NCBI GenBank assembly: GCA_020026215.1
Contig: JAHHQT010000001.1
Location: 483 to 64,482, forward strand
DNA from: Muribaculaceae bacterium
GTDB taxonomy: Bacteria > Bacteroidota > Bacteroidia > Bacteroidales > Muribaculaceae
Direction: 5' to 3'
Length of the DNA stretch: 64,000 nucleotides
Part shown: positions 37,297-47,218 of the stretch, piece after piece
Layout: every line of letters starts with the position of its first letter
How positions within the stretch are numbered: the first letter of the stretch is position 1
Position numbers and translations under genes: made by a program
The notes under the pieces: model-generated
What the model saw: only the letters and a program-made list of their open reading frames with translations
What the model was told of the DNA's origin: nothing
The model's database searches: none

Positions 37297-37369
37297 CGGG
37301 GTGTAGCACAGTTGGCAGCGCGCCACGTTCGGGACGTGGAGGTCGGAAGTTCGAGTCTTCTCACCCCGA
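37297..37369 (+). tRNA. tRNA-Pro (anticodon CGG)
   Basis: CGGGGTG-TA-GCAC...GCGC, anticodon stem CACG/CGTG with loop TTCGGGA (anticodon CGG), T-arm GGAAGTTCGAGTCTTCT, and acceptor CACCCCG-A. Confidence 0.9.
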
Positions 37370-37378
37370 CAATCATTT

Positions 37379-37405
37379 AGCGATATTTGCCTTGCATTTA
37401 TCGCT
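37379..37405 (+). terminator. Hairpin terminator after tRNA-Pro
   Basis: AGCGATA pairs with TATCGCT (7 bp), followed by TTTTTT. Confidence 0.5.
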
Positions 37406-37468
37406 TTTTTATATCAGGAATTGAAATTTACCAAAAGTTCGGTATTGTTTACCGTACACTTTTGGAAT

Positions 37469-37476
37469 TAACTTTG
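37469..37476 (+). promoter_or_regulatory. -7 promoter box TAACTTTG
   Basis: Lies 17 nt upstream of the ATG at 37494. Confidence 0.45.
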
Positions 37477-37493
37477 TAAAAAATTTCCACAAT

Positions 37494-39806
37494 ATGAAAA
37501 AATTCTTTTTCTCTCTGATGCTATGTCTGATGTGTACACCATTGGTAATGGCGAAAACTGACGCCAATATTTTTGGGCACGTGATAGATAGCGCAACCGG
37601 AGAACACATGCCTTTTGTCAATGTAATGATAAAAGGAACTTCTATCGGCATCAGTACAGATGCAACAGGTCACTATTTCCTAAAAAATCTTCCATTGGGA
37701 GAAAGTGTAGTCATTGCCAAATCGGTAGGCTATACAACAGAGGAAGTCAAGGTGAATCTTCACAAGAACCAATCACTGGAACTGAACTTCAAGTTGAAAG
37801 AAGATAATTTCCTGCTTGACGAAGTGGTAGTATCAGCCAACAAAAACGAGACAACCCGTCGTCTTGCCCCAAGTTTGGTCAACGTTATCGAGGCAAAGAA
37901 ATTCGAATTCTCGGGTTCTGCCTGTCTTGCTGACGGTATCTCCCTACAACCAGGTGTGAGACTTGAGGACAACTGTCAAAACTGTGGTTTCACACAAGTG
38001 CGTATCAATGGTCTCGACGGTCACTATTCCCAAATTCTTATTGACTCTCGTCCTATTTTCTCTTCATTGACTGGAGTTTATGGTTTGGAACAGATTCCTG
38101 CCAACATGATTGAACGTGTGGAAGTAGTAAGAGGTGGCGGTAGTGCACTTTTCGGATCTTCTGCTATTGGCGGTACGGTGAACATCATCACCAAAACACC
38201 TTCCCGAAATACGGCTGACATTTCACACACCCTAACATCAATGGGTGGCTCAGGCAGTCTTGACAATGTAACAATGGCTAACGCTTCATTGGTAAGTGGC
38301 AACAACAAGGCAGGAGCCTATATCTACGGCCAGTTGCGTAACCGCGAAGGCTACGACCACAACGATGACGGCTACACAGAGATTCCACAAATCAAAAGCC
38401 AGTCGTTGGGTATGCGCTCATTCCTTAGAGTAAACGACCTTTCCAAAATCACAGTGGAATATCACGGCATTCACGAGTTCCGCCGCGGTGGTAACAAGCT
38501 CAACGAGCTTCCTCACAAAGCGAACATTGCCGAAATGATTGAGCACTATATTAATGGTGGTGGCATCAACTATGACTTCATTAGTGCCAACCGTAAACAC
38601 AGATTGAATCTTTTCACTTCTCTTCAAAGCACCAACCGTGACAGCTACTATGGCGGTACAGGCGACGAGTCTCCTGAAAGCATTGAAGCAGCTGAAAATT
38701 CATACGGTAAAACTGAAGACTTGGTAGTTTCTTCTGGAGCACAATATACTTTGTCATTCAACCATCTTTGGTTCTTGCCTGCCGAATTGACTTTGGGATT
38801 GGAATACAACTACGACAACCTAAAGGACAATGCTTTGGGCAGCAAAATAAAGACCTACCAAATCATACGCAACTATAGCGGTTTCTTCCAAAATGAATGG
38901 AAGAACGACAAATGGGGCTTGTTGATTGGCGGTCGTTTCGACAAACACAACTTGGTGGACAAAGTTATTTTCAGTCCGCGTGCCAACGTGCGTTTCAACC
39001 CTACCAAAGACATCAACCTACGTCTTAGTTATGGTGCAGGTTTCCGTGCACCACAAGCATTTGACGAAGACTTGCACGTTTCTATCGCTTCAGGAGAACT
39101 TGGCGTAATTGAATTGGCCGACGACTTGACAGAAGAAAAGTCAAACAGTGTGAGCTTCTCAGCCGACTACTACAAGAACTTCGGGAATGTCAAGACCAAC
39201 TTCCTTGTTGAAGCCTTCTTCACGGACTTGAAAGACGTGTTTGATTTACGCAGAAACGAAGCTGCCGACAAGGACAACTTGCAATATTGGGAACGCTACA
39301 ACGCATCGGGCGCACGTGTATATGGTGTGACTCTTGAAGCACGTGTCGTACCTTTAGAAGACTTGAATATCCAAACAGGATGGACCATCCAACGCAGCCG
39401 CTACAAAGAAGCGACCACTTGGAGTGACGATGCTCCGGCTGTCAAGAAGATGTTCCGTACACCAGACGTTTACGGTTATCTGACTATCAACTACAGCCCA
39501 ATCAAACACCTTATGGCATCGGTCAACGCCACCTATACAGGAAAAATGTTAGTACAACACCTTGGCGAAACCAACGTGCCTACCGACATTGCAGTAAATA
39601 CCCCTGATTTCTTCGACATGGGTATCCGTGTAGCTTACGACATTCCAATGTACGACTTGATGACCTTGCAAGTGTTTGCCGGTGTGAAAAACGTGTTCAA
39701 CGCCTATCAAAAAGACATTGACAGCGGCTGGAACCGTGACAGTGCCTATATCTATGGTCCCGGACTACCACGCAGCTATTTTGCAGGAGCAAAAATATTG
39801 TTCTAA
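37494..39806 (+). CDS. TonB-dependent receptor (no SusD partner), with N-terminal carboxypeptidase-regulatory-like domain
   Basis: Signal peptide, then IFGHVIDSATGEHMPFVNVMIKGTSIG. Plug blocks: LDEVVVSA, NCQNCGFTQVRINGLDG, ERVEVVRGGGSALFGSSAIGGTVNIITK. Beta-barrel ends ...YFAGAKILF. Confidence 0.9.
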   Translation: MKKFFFSLMLCLMCTPLVMAKTDANIFGHVIDSATGEHMPFVNVMIKGTSIGISTDATGHYFLKNLPLGESVVIAKSVGYTTEEVKVNLHKNQSLELNFKLKEDNFLLDEVVVSANKNETTRRLAPSLVNVIEAKKFEFSGSACLADGISLQPGVRLEDNCQNCGFTQVRINGLDGHYSQILIDSRPIFSSLTGVYGLEQIPANMIERVEVVRGGGSALFGSSAIGGTVNIITKTPSRNTADISHTLTSMGGSGSLDNVTMANASLVSGNNKAGAYIYGQLRNREGYDHNDDGYTEIPQIKSQSLGMRSFLRVNDLSKITVEYHGIHEFRRGGNKLNELPHKANIAEMIEHYINGGGINYDFISANRKHRLNLFTSLQSTNRDSYYGGTGDESPESIEAAENSYGKTEDLVVSSGAQYTLSFNHLWFLPAELTLGLEYNYDNLKDNALGSKIKTYQIIRNYSGFFQNEWKNDKWGLLIGGRFDKHNLVDKVIFSPRANVRFNPTKDINLRLSYGAGFRAPQAFDEDLHVSIASGELGVIELADDLTEEKSNSVSFSADYYKNFGNVKTNFLVEAFFTDLKDVFDLRRNEAADKDNLQYWERYNASGARVYGVTLEARVVPLEDLNIQTGWTIQRSRYKEATTWSDDAPAVKKMFRTPDVYGYLTINYSPIKHLMASVNATYTGKMLVQHLGETNVPTDIAVNTPDFFDMGIRVAYDIPMYDLMTLQVFAGVKNVFNAYQKDIDSGWNRDSAYIYGPGLPRSYFAGAKILF

Positions 39807-39831
39807 TTACGGACAAACAACGCATAAAAAA

Positions 39832-39855
39832 AGCACGGCTCAAACGAGTCGTGCT
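39832..39855. terminator. Bidirectional terminator between the TonB-dependent receptor gene and adk
   Basis: AGCACGGCTC pairs with GAGTCGTGCT (10 bp including one G-T pair). AAAAAAA lies on one flank and TTTTTT on the other. Confidence 0.75.
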
Positions 39856-39880
39856 TTTTTGTTGTACCTTATACGTCAAA

Positions 39881-40462
39881 TTATTTTCCGCATTTTTCTT
39901 TGATAGCAGCTTTGATGTCATCAAAAATACTTTCAACTGTACCCATGCCCTTGATACCCAAGTAGCAGCCTTCTTCTACGTAGAAATCGTGCAAAGGTTG
40001 AGTTTGTGAGTGATATACATTCAAACGTTGTTTGATAGTTTCCATGTTGTCGTCGCTTCTACCTGATTCTTCACCACGTTTAAGCAAACGAGTAATCAAT
40101 TCTTGTTCTTCTACTTCCAAACCTACAACAGCATCAACTTGAGCGTTGCGTTCAGCCAACATAGCTTTCAAAGCCTTAGCTTGGTTGATTGTTCTTGGGA
40201 AACCGTCAAAAATTACACCGTCTTTAGCTTCTGGAGTATTATCCAAAATATCCGCAAGGATGCTAACCATCAAATCGTCAGGAATCAAGTTTCCTTTAGA
40301 AATGTAGCTTTCTGCTACTTTACCAAGTTCTGTACCACGAGCTATATGGTCACGCAATACTTCACCTGTAGAAATATGGAACAAACCATAGTTAGCAATC
40401 AAATTCTCGCTCTGAGTACCTTTCCCAGAACCCGGAGCACCAAAAATTACAATATTAAACAT
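39881..40462 (-). CDS. adk: Adenylate kinase
   Basis: P-loop IFGAPGSGKGTQ and the FHISTGEVLR and DGFPRT blocks. Confidence 0.95.
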   Translation of the reverse strand: MFNIVIFGAPGSGKGTQSENLIANYGLFHISTGEVLRDHIARGTELGKVAESYISKGNLIPDDLMVSILADILDNTPEAKDGVIFDGFPRTINQAKALKAMLAERNAQVDAVVGLEVEEQELITRLLKRGEESGRSDDNMETIKQRLNVYHSQTQPLHDFYVEEGCYLGIKGMGTVESIFDDIKAAIKEKCGK

Positions 40463-40499
40463 TTTTTCGTTACTTAGATTAATCTAGAAACCTAAAAAA

Positions 40500-40529
40500 A
40501 TGTTCGTCGAGAGTGATTTCGACGAACAT
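40500..40529 (-). terminator. Rho-independent terminator of hpt
   Basis: ATGTTCGTCGA pairs with TCGACGAACAT as a perfect 11-bp stem. TTTTTTT follows on the minus strand. Confidence 0.8.
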
Positions 40530-40541
40530 TAGATTTATTAA

Positions 40542-41084
40542 TTATTTGTTACTTTCCAAAATGTAAATGTCTTTCAAATTCCTTGCTTGTTCATCTAAAT
40601 CCAAGCCATAACCAAGGATGAATTTAGAAGGAATTTCAAAGCAGCAATAGTCAACTTTTGCATCAACTTTTGCAGAATCAGGCTTAACCAGCAACGAAGC
40701 GAACTTCACTTCGGCAGGGTTCAATTTCTTTATTTCCTCTACCAACTGTACAGCTGTATAGCCTGTATCAACGATATCTTCAACAATCACTACAGTACGT
40801 CCTGTGATGTCCATGTCCAATCCCAACATCTTTCTCACAGTACCTGTTGAAGTTGTTCCCGAATATGACTTGTAGCGGATAAATGAGATTTCAGCAGGGA
40901 AATCTATTTTACGGAACAAATCAGCGGCAAAGATAAAAGCGCCATTAAGTACGCAGACAAACAAAGGATTTTTTCCTTCACAGTCCTTCTTGATTTCTTG
41001 AGCTACTTCTTGTATTCTCTTTTGAATCTCTTCGTTTGTAATATACGGTACAAACGTTTTGTCACCAATAACTACTTTATCCAT
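40542..41084 (-). CDS. hpt: Hypoxanthine(-guanine) phosphoribosyltransferase
   Basis: PRPP-binding loop [13 protein letters not shown]. 180 aa. C-terminal block [17 protein letters not shown]. Confidence 0.9.
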   Translation of the reverse strand: MDKVVIGDKTFVPYITNEEIQKRIQEVAQEIKKDCEGKNPLFVCVLNGAFIFAADLFRKIDFPAEISFIRYKSYSGTTSTGTVRKMLGLDMDITGRTVVIVEDIVDTGYTAVQLVEEIKKLNPAEVKFASLLVKPDSAKVDAKVDYCCFEIPSKFILGYGLDLDEQARNLKDIYILESNK

Positions 41085-41196
41085 GTTTTCGTTGAATATT
41101 GTGCAAAATTACAAATATTTATAGACCCAGACAATACAAAAGCCATGAATTTTCAAATTAACAAGTGCTAAAAGCCCAACAGACAGACCAATAAAC

Positions 41197-41236
41197 AAGA
41201 AACGTTTCATCTCTCAAACGAGATAAAACGTTTCTT
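41197..41236 (-). terminator. Strong hairpin (terminator-like on the minus strand) upstream of hpt
   Basis: AAGAAACGTTTCATCTC (41197..41213) pairs with GAGATAAAACGTTTCTT (41220..41236), 16 of 17 bp with a 6-nt loop. The minus strand continues TGTTTATTGG. Confidence 0.5.
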
Positions 41237-42574
41237 CCTAAATCGAAGTTATACCCTACGTCTATATCTTGGTTATCTTCTAAAACTATAATATAATAAT
41301 TAGGGGAAATTTGCGAGCTTAATTTGTTTCTCAAGGAGAAAGGTATCAGATTTTATATAATTATGAATGTTATTATTTCTATTAGTATACATTTGGCACA
41401 ACTCCCAATACCAAATAAAAAAAACAAAATAGAAAGTGTGGAGTTGATTCCATCTATCCATTTTGTTAGAAGGCTGTGGTAAACCCGAAGAAAAACAGAC
41501 AATGAAAAGCCCCACACTTGAAAAGATATACAATATAGTTCACTGCCAATAACAGCGAACTAAATCTTAACAAGTCTATCAGTTTCATCTTGTCCTTCCT
41601 TCATTAAAACTACCACATTTCTAACTCGGACAATGTGAAAACACTTTCTAAATTTCCTAAATAGCTTACCTATTCAATGGCAAAGATACTGATTTCGTTT
41701 TTATTTATCAAAACTATAAATCAAAAAAATTAGGTTTTCCGACAATCAAGACAAATAAAACAAGGTTCATAGAACCGCACCGAATAGCGTTTCTGTCTAT
41801 AATCTTTTGTATCGGGACGGATAAAAAAGAACTACGTCCTCCCGATATATCAGAAAGACGTAGTTTCCTTTAAGATTGCAACCGCTTACACTACACTTGG
41901 GTAAATCAAGGCAATAACATTAATGAATACACTCGTCGTTTTTTTACTAAAAAATGACAAAAAAATTAAATCCGACTAATCTCACGATCCATCGGATTCC
42001 TTAACCTATGATTCACTTATTTGTTGTTGTTGCTTTCTTATCTAATAGGATGATATCAAATAAATTATCAATTAACTTGCATTTCTCAGACTTGTAGGAA
42101 ATGTTTTTAATATGGGCTATTTCCTATTTTGTCCATGCTTTTTGATACATCCTCTTTGCGACAGGTCATCATTTTTATTCCAACTCATTGGAAAGACAGT
42201 CTGTCACGAATATCTTTTTGGGCTCAGAAAAGAGAAAACTCTCATTTCCAAAAACCGATAAATTTCATACCTGATAATTGCAAGGAAATCATTTGATGAT
42301 AATGGAACCGACCAACTTAGACATCAGCACATTTGCCAAAAATGAAGACCAATTAAACAAACTCTCCTTGTTCACTCACATGCTAAAGAATTAGCATTTA
42401 TTGATAGACAGAAGATGTCTGTTGCTATTATATGTTTATTAAAATAAAGGGGCATTGAACGGACTCTTATGAATATTAAGAAATTTTAATGTTTAATGGT
42501 TTTATTTTAATACGCACAGGATTGTAATTCGCTACAAAGATACATAAGAATTCTCTATTTACAAATAATTTTTA

Positions 42575-42582
42575 TAATTTTG
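42575..42582 (+). promoter_or_regulatory. -7 promoter box TAATTTTG
   Basis: Lies 83 nt upstream of the nagB ATG at 42665. Confidence 0.35.
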
Positions 42583-42664
42583 CCTAAGAATATTTTTTGT
42601 AACTTAGTAAGCGAAAAAAATTAATTAAAAACTCACAAACATAAACATTTAAACTCTTATTATT

Positions 42665-43477
42665 ATGCGTTTAATTATTGAACCGGACTATGACAAAGTC
42701 TCAAGATGGGCTGCTAACTATGTAGCATCTCGCATCAACGAAGCTAACCCAACAGCTGAAAAACCTTTCGTACTTGGTTGCCCTACAGGTAGTTCTCCTC
42801 TTGGAATGTACAAAAACCTTATCGAACTTAACAAAGCAGGTAAAGTTTCATTCGAAAACGTAGTAACATTCAACATGGATGAATACTGCAACCTTCCAGA
42901 AGATCACTCAGAAAGCTATCATACTTTCATGTGGACTAACTTCTTCAGCCACATCAATATCAAAAAAGAAAACGTTAACATCCTTAACGGTAACGCAGAA
43001 GACCTAGCTGCTGAATGCGCTCGCTACGAAGCTAAAATCGCTTCTTACGGTGGCATCGACCTATTCTTGGGTGGTGTTGGTCCTGACGGACACATCGCTT
43101 TCAACGAACCGGGCTCATCTTTGACTTCTCGCACTCGTATGAAAACTCTTACTCTAGATACTAAAATCGCTAACTCTCGTTTCTTCGACAACGATATCAA
43201 CAAAGTTCCAGAAACAGCATTGACAGTTGGTGTTGGTACAATCATGAGTGCTAAGAGCGTTCTTATCATCGTTAACGGTTACAATAAAGCTCGCGCTTTG
43301 CAACAAGGCGTTGAAGGTGGTGTTTCACAAATGTGGACTATCACAGCATTGCAACTTCACGAAAAAGCAATCATCGTTGCTGACGAAGCTGCTACTATGG
43401 AATTGAAGGTTGGTACTTACAAATACTTCAAAGACATCGAAGGTAAAAACCTTGACCCAGAAACTCTTTTGAAATAA
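42665..43477 (+). CDS. nagB: Glucosamine-6-phosphate deaminase
   Basis: Alignable along its whole length with E. coli NagB ([59 protein letters not shown]). Strongly biased codon usage. Confidence 0.96.
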   Translation: MRLIIEPDYDKVSRWAANYVASRINEANPTAEKPFVLGCPTGSSPLGMYKNLIELNKAGKVSFENVVTFNMDEYCNLPEDHSESYHTFMWTNFFSHINIKKENVNILNGNAEDLAAECARYEAKIASYGGIDLFLGGVGPDGHIAFNEPGSSLTSRTRMKTLTLDTKIANSRFFDNDINKVPETALTVGVGTIMSAKSVLIIVNGYNKARALQQGVEGGVSQMWTITALQLHEKAIIVADEAATMELKVGTYKYFKDIEGKNLDPETLLK

Positions 43478-43499
43478 TCACATTTCATATAGAAACAAA

Positions 43500-43527
43500 A
43501 TCGGCGCAACCCTCATGTTGCGCCGAT
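43500..43527 (+). terminator. Rho-independent terminator of nagB
   Basis: ATCGGCGCAAC pairs with GTTGCGCCGAT as a perfect 11-bp stem, followed by TTTTTT. Confidence 0.85.
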
Positions 43528-43599
43528 TTTTTATTTTGTAACTATAAATCAATTCTACACTAATCCACAAAGCACAACTTCAAACAAGACCAACAAAAA

Positions 43600-43623
43600 A
43601 CCGCCCATCTTTCGGTGGGCGGT
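43600..43623 (-). terminator. Rho-independent terminator of gltX
   Basis: ACCGCCCA pairs with TGGGCGGT (8 bp). TTTTTT follows on the minus strand. Confidence 0.75.
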
Positions 43624-43646
43624 TTTGATTTTATAATCGTGGGAGA

Positions 43647-45164
43647 TTATTTCAAGTTTTCAATACCTGCGCGGACGCGGCGGATAGTTTCTTCTTTGCC
43701 AAGCAATTCAGTAATATCGAACATGTGAGGACCTTTACATTCGCCGACTACTGTCAAACGGAATGCGTTCATCACATTACCCATGTGATATTCTTTTGCT
43801 GTAATCCAACCTAAAACGATTTCTTCTGATGCAGCAGAGCTGAAGTCTTCGATGCCTTCCAATACACCGATTAATTCGTTCATCAAGTCAGGCATTCCTT
43901 CTTTCCAGCGTTTTCTTACGTCTTTTTCGTTGTAAGTAGTTGGAGCTTCGAAGAAGAATTTAGATTGATCCCATAAGTCTTTTACAAAGTTGATACGGCC
44001 TTTCACCAAAGACACTACGCGTGTCACATAGTTCAAGTCTTGGTTTTCGTGTCCGTGTTCAGCAAGGATAGGCAAATACATCTTCGCCAAATCTTCATCA
44101 GCTTTTTCTTGCAAATATTTGTGGTTGAACCATTTTCCTTTTTCAAAGTCAAATTTGGCACCACTCTTTGAACAGTGTTCGAATGAGAACAATTCAATCA
44201 AGTGTTCCATTGACATGATTTCTTCATCGTTACCCGGATTCCAGCCCAACAAAGCGAGGAAGTTGATAACAGCTTCAGGAAGATAACCGGATTCACGGTA
44301 TCCCGAAGAGATTTCACCTGATTTAGGGTCCTTCCATTCCAATGGGAATACAGGGAAACCAAGACGATCTCCATCACGTTTGCTCAATTTACCTTTTCCG
44401 TCCGGTTTCAAAAGCAATGGCAAGTGAACAAATTCAGGCATAGTGTCAGCCCAGCCGAATGCTTCGTAAAGCAACACGTGCAATGGAGCTGATGGCAACC
44501 ATTCCTCACCACGGATAACGTGAGTAATTTTCATCAAGTGGTCATCGACAATGTTAGCCAAGTGATAAGTTGGAAGGTCGTCAGCTGATTTGTAAAGAAC
44601 TTTATCGTCAAGGATTGAAGAGTTGATGACAACTTCGCCACGTACCAAGTCATTGACTTTAACGTCGCGGTTCGGTTCAATCAAGAAACGTACAACGTAT
44701 TTTTCACCTGCATCCACCAATTTCTTCACTTCTTCTGCCGGCATAGTCAATGAGTTTCTCATTGAGCCACGAGTTTTGGCATCGTATTGGAAATTGGCGA
44801 TTTCAGCACGTTTAGCATCCAATTCTTCAGGAGTATCAAATGCGATGTAAGCCTTACCTGCATCCAAAAGTTGTTTGACGTATTTGCGGTAAATGTCGCG
44901 ACGTTGTGATTGGCGATATGGGCCATATTCACCACCTTCACGTACACCTTCATCAAATTTGATTCCCAACCAAGCGAACGCTTCATTTATATAATCTTCC
45001 GCTCCAGGAACGAAACGGTTAGAGTCTGTATCTTCGATACGTAGAATAATCTCGCCATTGTGACGACGAGCGAACAAATAATTAAACAAAGCGGTTCTTA
45101 CTCCTCCGATGTGCAAAGGGCCTGTTGGCGACGGAGCGAAACGCACTCTTACTTTTCTTTCCAT
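43647..45164 (-). CDS. gltX: Glutamate--tRNA ligase
   Basis: Class I signatures [14 protein letters not shown] (HIGH) and KLSKR. 505 aa. Confidence 0.95.
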   Translation of the reverse strand: MERKVRVRFAPSPTGPLHIGGVRTALFNYLFARRHNGEIILRIEDTDSNRFVPGAEDYINEAFAWLGIKFDEGVREGGEYGPYRQSQRRDIYRKYVKQLLDAGKAYIAFDTPEELDAKRAEIANFQYDAKTRGSMRNSLTMPAEEVKKLVDAGEKYVVRFLIEPNRDVKVNDLVRGEVVINSSILDDKVLYKSADDLPTYHLANIVDDHLMKITHVIRGEEWLPSAPLHVLLYEAFGWADTMPEFVHLPLLLKPDGKGKLSKRDGDRLGFPVFPLEWKDPKSGEISSGYRESGYLPEAVINFLALLGWNPGNDEEIMSMEHLIELFSFEHCSKSGAKFDFEKGKWFNHKYLQEKADEDLAKMYLPILAEHGHENQDLNYVTRVVSLVKGRINFVKDLWDQSKFFFEAPTTYNEKDVRKRWKEGMPDLMNELIGVLEGIEDFSSAASEEIVLGWITAKEYHMGNVMNAFRLTVVGECKGPHMFDITELLGKEETIRRVRAGIENLK

Positions 45165-45218
45165 TGTTTTGTATTTGTTAAAATATATGGTGCAAAGTTA
45201 GCAAAATATATTTATAAG

Positions 45219-46007
45219 TTATTCATTTTTAAATAGAGTATTGCACTTTGACAAGAATTCGTCGGCACACGGGTCATACATGTCACGGTAAGCGCAAACC
45301 GGTGAAATTGAAGCATAGCCTCTGTCCAACCAATACAAGTCGGTGTCGGTTGATTCCGGTTCCATGTTCTTGTAACTGCCTGTCAGCATATAGAAACTCT
45401 GGTCGAACGGATCTTTGTATTCCTTGTATTCTTCCACCCAACGACCACGACAGCAACGAGCCTTTTTGATACCCTTGATATTGCCTCCACCAGGGAAGTT
45501 CACATTCAAGCACATATCGTCGGGAGTTCCATTTTCAATGGCATTTGCCACCAATTCGCGGATATATTTGCGACAAGATTCAAATTCAGCATCGGTAGGA
45601 TGAAAAGGAATCAAAGAGAAGCCAATGGAAGGAATTCCCTGCAAAGTACCTTCGAAAGCAGCCCCCATTGTACCTGAATAGACCACACTATTTCCCGCGT
45701 TTGCACCGTGGTTGATACCCGACAACACGACGGCAGGACGACGTTTCACCACCATTGACAAACCCAGTTTTACACAATCCACAGGAGTTCCGTTGATGGA
45801 ATACTTTGTCACGTCTTTCCATCGTCCATGAGCAGTGACACGCAACGGCTGACCGACAGTCAACGAAGCAGAGCCACCCGAACGAGGTCCGTCGGGAGCG
45901 ACCATCACCACTTCACCCATATCCATAACACTTTCTGCCAAACGATGTATGCCCTCGGCATTTACGCCATCATCGTTGGTCACAAAAATCAAAGGTCTAT
46001 CTGACAT
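45219..46007 (-). CDS. surE: 5'/3'-nucleotidase SurE
   Basis: N-terminal IFVTNDDGVNAEGI, plus the SGINHGAN and YSGTMGAA blocks. Confidence 0.92.
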   Translation of the reverse strand: MSDRPLIFVTNDDGVNAEGIHRLAESVMDMGEVVMVAPDGPRSGGSASLTVGQPLRVTAHGRWKDVTKYSINGTPVDCVKLGLSMVVKRRPAVVLSGINHGANAGNSVVYSGTMGAAFEGTLQGIPSIGFSLIPFHPTDAEFESCRKYIRELVANAIENGTPDDMCLNVNFPGGGNIKGIKKARCCRGRWVEEYKEYKDPFDQSFYMLTGSYKNMEPESTDTDLYWLDRGYASISPVCAYRDMYDPCADEFLSKCNTLFKNE

Positions 46008-46016
46008 ATTCTATTT

Positions 46017-47078
46017 TTATAAATTCGATAATTGTTTATTCTTCACTATTTCCTGTGCATGACGGAAGTCGTCGGGCGAACCAATGTCCATCCACATTCC
46101 GTTGATGGGATGATAAACCACTTTTTTCCTATCTGCAATCAAATCTTCAATCAAATCGGTTGCATCATAAACCACCGCCTCTGGAATATATTTCAATGCT
46201 GATTTACGAATGATGTAGATACCTGCATTTGCATAATAGTTGTAGGTCGGTTTCTCTTCCAAACCGCAGATATTCGTGCCGTCTGACTTGAAAATGGCAA
46301 ACGGTACGGAAACCATATAAGGGATGGCAGCTACCGTCATGTCGGCATTTTTCTCAACGTGGAACATGAACAAATCCTCATAGTTGATGGTAGTCAGCAA
46401 ATCGGAATTCATCACAAGAATATTGTCGTGATAGAAATCCTTTACCAATGCCAACGAACCGATTGTACCCAATTTTTCGGGCTCACGGACACATTTCACG
46501 TCCACTCCACCCACAGGCGTAGCAAAGTGTTCGTCCAACTGTTCGGCAAGATAGTTAGTAGTGACTGAAATATGACGAATGCCATTGCGTGCCAATTCCT
46601 CAACATTATAGTCGATGATAGGCTTGTCGCCGATTTTCAATAACGGTTTCGGTGTGGTCAATGTCAACGGACGCAAGCGTTCACCCCTGCCTCCTGCCAT
46701 CAATACGGCATCCAAAGGAAGTATGGAATGGAATTCTGTAAAGTCGTAAACCTCGGCAATATGCCCGTCCTCATTCAAGGCAGGGACCAATGTAATTTTA
46801 CGTTCTCTGATTTCACGCACTTTCGCCAAATCAATGTTTCCCGCATTCAAGAAAGCAAACGAGCGGTGCATGATTTCTTCCACCGACACATCTGTTTCCT
46901 TTCCGGCAATCAACGCCCTTCGGATATCACCATCCGTAAGCGTGCCGACCATGCGCTCATCCTTATCCAAAACAAGAAGCACCATGTTCTGCCCCGACAA
47001 CTCGTTCAACTTGCAAAGTGCATCAAGCAGTGTAGCTTTTTCTGTGATTAAATGTTTATTCCATTCGTACATATTCAC
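46017..47078 (-). CDS. CBS-domain sugar-phosphate nucleotidyltransferase
   Basis: N-terminal CBS pair (MVGTLTDGDIRRAL ...) followed by an NTP-transferase domain with LMAGGRGERLRPLT. 353 aa. Confidence 0.8.
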   Translation of the reverse strand: MNMYEWNKHLITEKATLLDALCKLNELSGQNMVLLVLDKDERMVGTLTDGDIRRALIAGKETDVSVEEIMHRSFAFLNAGNIDLAKVREIRERKITLVPALNEDGHIAEVYDFTEFHSILPLDAVLMAGGRGERLRPLTLTTPKPLLKIGDKPIIDYNVEELARNGIRHISVTTNYLAEQLDEHFATPVGGVDVKCVREPEKLGTIGSLALVKDFYHDNILVMNSDLLTTINYEDLFMFHVEKNADMTVAAIPYMVSVPFAIFKSDGTNICGLEEKPTYNYYANAGIYIIRKSALKYIPEAVVYDATDLIEDLIADRKKVVYHPINGMWMDIGSPDDFRHAQEIVKNKQLSNL

Positions 47079-47169
47079 AAACCTTTATTTCATGCAAAGA
47101 CTCGAATCATAGAGCCGTGCATCCCACCGTGATTTCTCACCCGCAGGCACATACCACTCTATGATAGTA

Positions 47170-47177
47170 CAAATATA
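47170..47177 (-). promoter_or_regulatory. -7 promoter box (TATATTTG on the minus strand)
   Basis: CAAATATA on the plus strand, 92 nt upstream of the ATG at 47078. Confidence 0.35.
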
Positions 47178-47218
47178 ACAATTTAAGCCTAAAAATCCGT
47201 GGAAATCAGCAAAAAAGA

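Noticed and set aside
30235-37369. Genomic island integrated at tRNA(CAT) or tRNA-Pro.
   Set aside because: There is no integrase, excisionase or transposase, and I noticed no direct repeat of a tRNA 3' end. The genes between and around the tRNAs are core housekeeping genes (tatAC, polA, rnhB, polyprenyl synthase).
37406-37493. Riboswitch (TPP or cobalamin) in front of the orphan TonB-dependent receptor.
   Set aside because: The spacer is only about 90 nt, and a -7 box lies 17 nt from the ATG. That leaves no room for an aptamer, and I saw no conserved riboswitch core sequences.
41300-41533. The 77-aa ORF listed in the track inside the ORF-free tract.
   Set aside because: It initiates at TTG, its composition is low-complexity and AT-driven (runs of F, N, I, Y), and it overlaps the better-supported 40-codon ATG ORF in another frame. 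I do not call it as a gene.
41085-42664. Replication origin (oriC) in the AT-rich ORF-free tract.
   Set aside because: I found no cluster of DnaA boxes. There are no TTATCCACA or TGTGGATAA matches, only weak partials such as CTATCCATT at about 41451. dnaA and dnaN are not nearby. recF lies 17 kb away in an unrelated operon.
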